A DNA stretch of 64,000 bases from Halarcobacter sp. (GTDB taxonomy: Bacteria > Campylobacterota > Campylobacteria > Campylobacterales > Arcobacteraceae). The notes under the pieces are model-generated. The model worked only from the letters and a program-made list of their open reading frames with translations. It was not told the DNA's origin and made no database searches. Each line of letters opens with the position of its first letter. Within the stretch, counting starts at the first letter, position 1. The stretch lies in contig OY781089.1 of the NCBI GenBank assembly GCA_963676565.1, positions 416,001 to 480,000 on the forward strand, given 5' to 3'. The position numbers and the translations under genes were made by a program. Below are positions 58,256 through 64,000 of this stretch, in pieces.

Positions 58256-59349
58256 TGCTTTTTTTTAAATTATCAGCATTTTATTTCTTTTATTTTGCTG
58301 CGGTTGGTGTTTATGTAATTTTTCTACCAAAAGTATTACACGATTTAGATTACACTGCATTACAAATTGGAATTGTATTTGCCTTAGCTCCATTAATGAG
58401 ATTTTTAACACCTTTTTTATTTTTAAAACATATAAAGTTAAATCAATTTGTTTTTAAAACAGCACTATTTTTATCTATTTTTTGTTCTATTTGTTTTTAT
58501 TTAACAATAGAAAACTTTTATTTATTTATGGTAAATAATGCAATACTAGGTGCTTCTTTATCTTTGATATTACCTTATTTGGAAGTAAATGCTGTAAAAA
58601 TATTAGGTAAAGATAGATATGGAAAATCAAGACTTTTTGGTTCAATTGGGTTTACTGTAATCTCACTACTTTTGGGACAATTTTTAACTAATCCATATAT
58701 AGCAATTCATTACTATTTAGCAGTTAATATTTTAACAGTTATATTCGCACTTTTACTTTTAAAATATGATGATGTAAATCATGATGAAAGTATAACAGAT
58801 GAACCATTTTCATTTTTTAAGTATTGGCCATTTTGGGTTAGTTTATTTTTTATGCAACTAAGCTTTGGAGGCTTTTATAACTTTTTTACAATATATGAAA
58901 CAGAACATGGGATAAGTCTACAAATGACCTCTTATCTTTGGTCTTTTGGTGTTTTGTGTGAAATAATACTACTTTATTTTCAAGCCCCTCTACTAAAAAG
59001 AAATCTTTTAAACATAATAAAATTTTCAATTGCTATTACCATAATTAGATGGTTTTTATTATTTGCTTATCCGGATAATTTAGCCTTAACCTTTTTTACA
59101 CAAAGCATCCATGCCTTTTCTTTTGGTCTTTACCATAGTGCAGTTATAATATATTTGTACTCTTTATATTCAAATAAAAAACTAGCCCAACAATTTATGT
59201 ATGGAGTAGCTTATGGTCTAGGAGGCTTTTTAGGAGCTTTAGTAGCTGGATGGTTATATGGGGAGTATTTATTCTTATATAGTTCTATATTTTCAGCCTT
59301 TGCCTTAGCTTTTTTATTCAATAAACGCTTACCCCATAAAGATATTTAA
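58255..59349 (+). CDS. MFS transporter (HcaT/MFSD6-like)
   Basis: About 12 TM helices; YGKSRLFGSIGF, GVLCEI, QSIHAFSFG. Confidence 0.9.
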   Translation: MLFFKLSAFYFFYFAAVGVYVIFLPKVLHDLDYTALQIGIVFALAPLMRFLTPFLFLKHIKLNQFVFKTALFLSIFCSICFYLTIENFYLFMVNNAILGASLSLILPYLEVNAVKILGKDRYGKSRLFGSIGFTVISLLLGQFLTNPYIAIHYYLAVNILTVIFALLLLKYDDVNHDESITDEPFSFFKYWPFWVSLFFMQLSFGGFYNFFTIYETEHGISLQMTSYLWSFGVLCEIILLYFQAPLLKRNLLNIIKFSIAITIIRWFLLFAYPDNLALTFFTQSIHAFSFGLYHSAVIIYLYSLYSNKKLAQQFMYGVAYGLGGFLGALVAGWLYGEYLFLYSSIFSAFALAFLFNKRLPHKDI

Positions 59350-60083
59350 ACAATATCCATAATTAGTGTTTTAATATTTTTCTTTTCTTGTATCTCATTT
59401 AGTTTTAGACCTGGTATTTGCATATTCATAAATTCACTATGATTTTTAATTTTATTTTTTGCAATCTCTTGTAAAACTTTTCCTCTATAAAACTTAGCCC
59501 AATGGGAAACAACTTTTCCATCTTTTATAAATTTAAATGTCAAAACATTAGCTTTTTTAGCTTTATAAAATTTTTCATAAAAGCCTGCTCTTAAATCTAT
59601 AAGTTCATCTTCTATAAAATTATCTAAAGTATCAGTAAAATTATCTAAATAAAATTTTTCTACGTTAATACTTGGAAGCTTTGCTCCTTGTTTATATTTA
59701 TAATCAGGAATTAAATCTTTTGCTAAAATTGGACCAAAAAGATTTGAAAATAAAACAACATTCTCATCAATATATTTTTGTTCATCATCTTTTAAATTGA
59801 TATAATCAAGGGCATCAAAGGCAACTCCATTGTATCTATTTATTGCCTTCATAGTAGGTTTGTTAAGTAAACTCTCTTTATATTTTTCCACATCTTTAAG
59901 GTTTTTTAATCCAAACCATTTTGATAACTCTTCAATTGTAAAGTTTTTTAATAAATCTTCATATATATTTATAATCTCTTCTCTTTTTGAGAAAAGTTCT
60001 GGGAAAGAAAAATTTTCTTTTGAGAAAGATGGAGATTCCCCTCCACTATTCTTTGTCTCTGCAGGTGCCAATAAAATTTTCAT
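59346..60083 (-). CDS. YaaA (DUF328) family peroxide-stress DNA-binding protein
   Basis: ILLAPAETK, AINRYNGVAF, SNLFG, SHWAKFYRG. Confidence 0.88.
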   Translation of the reverse strand: MKILLAPAETKNSGGESPSFSKENFSFPELFSKREEIINIYEDLLKNFTIEELSKWFGLKNLKDVEKYKESLLNKPTMKAINRYNGVAFDALDYINLKDDEQKYIDENVVLFSNLFGPILAKDLIPDYKYKQGAKLPSINVEKFYLDNFTDTLDNFIEDELIDLRAGFYEKFYKAKKANVLTFKFIKDGKVVSHWAKFYRGKVLQEIAKNKIKNHSEFMNMQIPGLKLNEIQEKKNIKTLIMDIV

Positions 60084-60145
60084 AATAACTCTTTTTAATA
60101 AAATAAATAAGAGTTTATCGAAATTTTTATTTAAGATGTTTTATT

Positions 60146-60559
60146 TTAACCTATAAACTTTCCACTATGATAAAGCCATTTCCCATTAACTTTTACAAAT
60201 TTACTTTTTTCAACAAAAGATGCATCAATTGCTCCTTGTGAAATAGTAGCTTTAAATGTAACATAGGCTTCATTCTCACCATCTATAAAGTCATAGATTT
60301 CTAAGCCTTCAAAGCTTGTATGATCAAAATAATCATGTAGTGTTTCTTCCCAAGTTTTAATATCAGAAGAGTAATCTGGGTTTTCCCTGTGTGTAGTTTC
60401 CATTAAATAACTTGCATTATTTGCAGCATATGCACTATATCTTGATTTCATAAGTTCTAATGCATTTTTTGCAGAATCACCTTCATGAAATACTTTACAA
60501 CATTTTTTAAACTTTTTTAAACTTCCACATGGACAAAAAGAGTTACCTGATATCTTCAT
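60146..60559 (-). CDS. YchJ family protein (SEC-C motif)
   Basis: CPCGSLKKFKKCC, ELMKSRYSAY, EKSKF, WLY. Confidence 0.9.
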   Translation of the reverse strand: MKISGNSFCPCGSLKKFKKCCKVFHEGDSAKNALELMKSRYSAYAANNASYLMETTHRENPDYSSDIKTWEETLHDYFDHTSFEGLEIYDFIDGENEAYVTFKATISQGAIDASFVEKSKFVKVNGKWLYHSGKFIG

Positions 60560-60654
60560 ATTAAATCCTAATTTTAAGGTTAAAAATATTTTATCAAAAA
60601 ATTGAAAAATTTGGAAGTGAAAATAATATAAATTATAATCACTTCTAATTCGTA

Positions 60655-60897
60655 CTATTGTTTAACCTTAATCTCATTTTTTATATTTAAGATTAATTTT
60701 GGTCCAAAACCTTTTAATTTTGATAACTCATCTGCTGTCTCAATTTTTTTACTTTTTCTAAAAGTAATTATTTGCTCCGCTTTTTTTTCACCTATTCCTT
60801 TTATAGACATAAGTTCATCTTTTGTTGCAGTATTTAAATTTAATGCAGCAAACATAAACGATACCCCAATTAGTAATAAAACTAAAATCTTTTTCAT
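60655..60897 (-). CDS. ComEA-family helix-hairpin-helix DNA-binding protein
   Basis: Signal peptide; LNLNTAT, IKGIGEKKA, LKGFGPK. Confidence 0.9.
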   Translation of the reverse strand: MKKILVLLLIGVSFMFAALNLNTATKDELMSIKGIGEKKAEQIITFRKSKKIETADELSKLKGFGPKLILNIKNEIKVKQ

Positions 60898-61045
60898 TTC
60901 AACTCCTTAAATAAAATATTTTATATTATCTATAATAACTTTAAAGTTTATTTATAATTAATATGATTACTTTTATTTTACAAAATATTATATGTATCTA
61001 ATCTCAATTATAATAAAATAATCCAAATCAATTTGAGGGAAGAAT

Positions 61046-61447
61046 ATGGATTTTCAGATTCCATTGGAATTAATAAGTAATTTAATCTCTGTAGCTATAC
61101 TAGCAGTACTATTATATAAATATCTTCAATATAAGAAGAAGCTTGAAGTATTAAAAGGCTTAGATGTACTAAAACAGCAGAAGAAATTAACTTTAGAAGA
61201 TAAAGAGTTTATAAAAAAGAATTTAAAGGATTATAGACTTGCTTTTGAGACTGATGAAGAAAGGATAAAACTTTCATATCCAATATTTATTTTAATTGCA
61301 GGTATTTTATTTACTTTTCTTTCTTTTCAAGAAGCAATGATTCATTTAAATTTAGTTGTTGTTGCCTATATATATTTACATATTAGTAAATTACACAATA
61401 GAAATTTTTTAAATTTCTTAAAAGAGTTAAGCAATAATATTGATTGA
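61046..61447 (+). CDS. Hypothetical membrane protein (3 TM)
   Basis: GAGG RBS; three hydrophobic segments. Confidence 0.75.
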   Translation: MDFQIPLELISNLISVAILAVLLYKYLQYKKKLEVLKGLDVLKQQKKLTLEDKEFIKKNLKDYRLAFETDEERIKLSYPIFILIAGILFTFLSFQEAMIHLNLVVVAYIYLHISKLHNRNFLNFLKELSNNID

Positions 61448-61464
61448 TCCCAATAGGAGAAAAG

Positions 61465-61995
61465 ATGTTTAGTAATTTTTTAGGTAAAAAAAATCTTAAA
61501 GAAGCGAAACAAGTAGACTCACAAAAAATAGACAAAGTAATAGATATAAAAGAAGAAGAGTCTAAGAAAAAAGAAAATGAACCAATGGTTATTAAAACTA
61601 ATCCCGAAGAAGACTTTGAGAAAAGGCAATGTATTGATATGGGTTTAGATATTAAAGAGAATGTAAAAAAAGCAAGCCATGCTTTTTTTAATAGTAAGAA
61701 TAACCAAAAAGCTGATGCTTATTTAATGTTTGAAGAATATCTAACTACCCTTTCAACTGAAAGAACTAGAGAACTTCAAAAAATGAAATACTTAGATTTT
61801 ATAGAACAAGAAGAAAAAATCTTTACTATGCTTAAAAACGGTTTTGCACAATCTATTTCAAAGGGTGCATCACTTGATGAGAATACTAGAAAAATTATTG
61901 ATTTTATATTCGGAGATATTAAAAAATTTCCATCAAAAGGCCATAGATATTGGTATTACAAAATCTATATTTGGCAAAAAAGAGAAATTGATTAG
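61465..61995 (+). CDS. Hypothetical protein
   Basis: GGAG RBS before ATG 61465; soluble, helical; no recognisable domain. Confidence 0.7.
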   Translation: MFSNFLGKKNLKEAKQVDSQKIDKVIDIKEEESKKKENEPMVIKTNPEEDFEKRQCIDMGLDIKENVKKASHAFFNSKNNQKADAYLMFEEYLTTLSTERTRELQKMKYLDFIEQEEKIFTMLKNGFAQSISKGASLDENTRKIIDFIFGDIKKFPSKGHRYWYYKIYIWQKREID

Positions 61996-62393
61996 AAAAA
62001 CTCTTCTAATCTTTTTCCACAATCGTTATTATAAACTTCAAAATCACATTTATATAAATCATTTGATTTTAAAAAATCTATACAATCATATATAGTTTGT
62101 TGAGTATCTTTACAATACACATAAAACTGCATTAAACCTTCACAAATATCAACAGCAAGAAGTGCTAACTTATTTTCCTCTTCTAAACTTTCTAAATGAT
62201 TATTCTCAAAAGCAGTAAAAAAAGCTAAACAAGCTGGATCTGGAAACATAATATCATCAGCCACATGAAAATTATGTTTTAACAATACTAAATGAGGGAA
62301 CTCTTCCATTGTTTGAGGTAGATCTATATCATCTCTTATTCTTAACATCTGGTTAATATTACCAGTGTTTTCTAAATACCATTTTTCTTCCAT
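61992..62393 (-). CDS. DUF695-like protein
   Basis: Pattern W...RIR...FPHLV...FPD...FE...LLAV...EG...FYVY. Confidence 0.6.
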   Translation of the reverse strand: MEEKWYLENTGNINQMLRIRDDIDLPQTMEEFPHLVLLKHNFHVADDIMFPDPACLAFFTAFENNHLESLEEENKLALLAVDICEGLMQFYVYCKDTQQTIYDCIDFLKSNDLYKCDFEVYNNDCGKRLEEFF

Positions 62394-62411
62394 AAATCAA
62401 CCTTGAATATA

Positions 62412-62434
62412 GGTATTCATCAAAGATGAATACC
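62412..62434. terminator. Hairpin after traT
   Basis: ggtattcatc-aaa-gatgaatacc. Confidence 0.55.
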
Positions 62435-62442
62435 CTTTATAA

Positions 62443-63225
62443 TTACATTGTACCTGCTAAAGATTTAACAAGTCCATCTTCTAAGAATGGTCTCGCTTGC
62501 TCAAACTCTAAACCAGGAGCATAAGCAGAACTTACAATTCTTGTTCTATATTTTTTCCATTGAACATTTTCCATAGTAGAACTTTGTTTACTTACAGAAC
62601 CTCTACCCATTTGTCCTGACATACTATCATTTTGAGTTACAGTTTCACCTTTCATTGGTCTTTGTCTAATCTCTACATCAGTAACCATTGCGTAATGTAC
62701 ATCTTTAACTCTGGCTGCTTCTATTCCTAAACCTACTACTGCACCAATTAATCCAGCAGTTCCAGCTCTACCATATCCACCACCTGTTAACATTGTTACA
62801 CCAGCTGCTGCTGCTCCTACTCCAAAACCAGATGCCAAATAATTCTTTTGTTCATTTTCATCCATTTGACCAACTTTAAGTAAGTTAGCTTGCACCATAA
62901 AATTAGCTTTTTTAGGATTTCTTGTTACAACGAATCCCATACTTTCGAATTTTGCTTTTAATTTTTGCATAATTTCAAGCTCTTCATCTGAAGTGTTTCT
63001 AAATTTGAAATAGATAATTTGATCTTTTGGATCAACTGGCTCTAAAAATATAGTTTCACTCATTTTTGTTTTTGCATGAACATCTTGTTTAGTTATAGCT
63101 ACTTTTTCTCCAGTTGCAGTTGTTCCAACTTTTGTAAAAGATGGCGCTGCACAACCTGTAAATAATAAAGCAGCAAGAGAGATACTCATTAAACTCATTT
63201 TCTTTAAACTTACTTTTTTAATCAT
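62443..63225 (-). CDS. traT: TraT-family complement-resistance/surface-exclusion lipoprotein
   Basis: Lipobox FTGC; TKMSETIFLEP, RNTSD, QANLLK, glycine zipper, MVTDVEIRQR, WKKYRTRIVS. Confidence 0.9.
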   Translation of the reverse strand: MIKKVSLKKMSLMSISLAALLFTGCAAPSFTKVGTTATGEKVAITKQDVHAKTKMSETIFLEPVDPKDQIIYFKFRNTSDEELEIMQKLKAKFESMGFVVTRNPKKANFMVQANLLKVGQMDENEQKNYLASGFGVGAAAAGVTMLTGGGYGRAGTAGLIGAVVGLGIEAARVKDVHYAMVTDVEIRQRPMKGETVTQNDSMSGQMGRGSVSKQSSTMENVQWKKYRTRIVSSAYAPGLEFEQARPFLEDGLVKSLAGTM

Positions 63226-63311
63226 TCCTTCACCTTGTTATTAAATTAGATATTATTTTAGAAAAATATGTTTTAATGTTACATAAATATATTGATTTTT
63301 AGTTATTTATT

Positions 63312-63746
63312 TTAAAAGTTAAAGATTTTAAGACCAAAAATATCTTTATTATTTCTATTTATCCATCCATTTATAATTAAATCATCTTTTTTTGAAATAA
63401 ATTGTGAAACGGAAGAATTACTATCAAATACATTAACACTTAGTGTCCACTCATTACCATCCTTATCGATTATTGTATCAACGAAAAACAATTCTTCATC
63501 AGTATACTCATCTTCATGGTCAAAAATCTTTTCTAGTATTCTTTGTAACATATAGTTATGTTTTAAACTATCATTTATCTCTAGTTCATTTAATGAAAGT
63601 TTATCTTTTAATCTATATAAAACTTTTCCATTTATATTTGATTCTTTAAGGACAAGAATAAATTTCTCACCTTGTTTTGCATTTAGAATAAACAAAGAAC
63701 CAATAAGTGTAAAAACAATTACAAACCTCAAGAAAATATTCTTCAT
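63312..63746 (-). CDS. Hypothetical exported/membrane-anchored protein
   Basis: ATG 63746 after AAGGG; N-terminal hydrophobic segment. Confidence 0.65.
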   Translation of the reverse strand: MKNIFLRFVIVFTLIGSLFILNAKQGEKFILVLKESNINGKVLYRLKDKLSLNELEINDSLKHNYMLQRILEKIFDHEDEYTDEELFFVDTIIDKDGNEWTLSVNVFDSNSSVSQFISKKDDLIINGWINRNNKDIFGLKIFNF

Positions 63747-63757
63747 CTTTTTCCCTT

Positions 63758-64000
63758 TTACCAATTAATTGGCTTTTTCCCTAAACTTTTTAAAATCTCA
63801 TTTGTTTTACTAAAGTGTTTACATCCAAAAAAGCCTCTATATGAAGATAAAGGACTTGGATGAGGAGCAGTCAAAATATGATGTTTTGATTCATCTATAA
63901 GTTTACTCTTTGCTATTGCAGGAGCACCCCAAAGTATAAAAACCACATCTTCACAGTTTTCTGAAATATATTTTATTATATTATTTGTAAAAGTTTCCCA
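63758..64000 (-). CDS. ung: Uracil-DNA glycosylase, 5' truncated by the window edge
   Basis: WETFT...VVFILWG...[21 protein letters not shown]...PINW. Confidence 0.96.
   Translation of the reverse strand, partial: WETFTNNIIKYISENCEDVVFILWGAPAIAKSKLIDESKHHILTAPHPSPLSSYRGFFGCKHFSKTNEILKSLGKKPINW

Overview
AT-rich chromosomal window from an Arcobacteraceae-like member of Campylobacterota, judged from the 16S/23S sequences and the fabZ-lpxA-clpX-mreB-mreC gene order. The species cannot be fixed by eye. Most of the window is housekeeping genes (nfo, queH, lpxB, fabZ, lpxA, clpX, mreBC, riboflavin synthase, mnmG, ccoG, pyrG, recJ, dnaE, surE, moaC, rpsU, secG, frr, pyrE, ung). It also holds two apparently identical tandem rRNA operons (16S-tRNA-Ile-tRNA-Ala-23S-5S, minus strand, offset 6197 bp) and a soxCDYZ sulfur-oxidation cluster followed by DUF302 and SoxW-like genes. 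The best candidate for an undescribed system is a three-gene operon at 13079-16111: a mycothione/glutathione-reductase-like flavoprotein, a COOH-NH2 amidoligase and a class-I glutamine amidotransferase/gamma-glutamyl hydrolase. It may make and recycle an unidentified low-molecular-weight thiol or thiol-amide (inference). The second candidate is a divergent glycosyltransferase / PlcP-like phosphoesterase / patatin locus at 23848-26592 with 11-bp-phased repeats in its promoter, consistent with phosphate-starvation lipid remodelling. Two likely genes missing from the ORF track were found: an ATA-start lipoprotein and a 31-aa membrane peptide. No CRISPR array, IS element, prophage or intein was seen. 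All family assignments come from motif recognition, not database searches.
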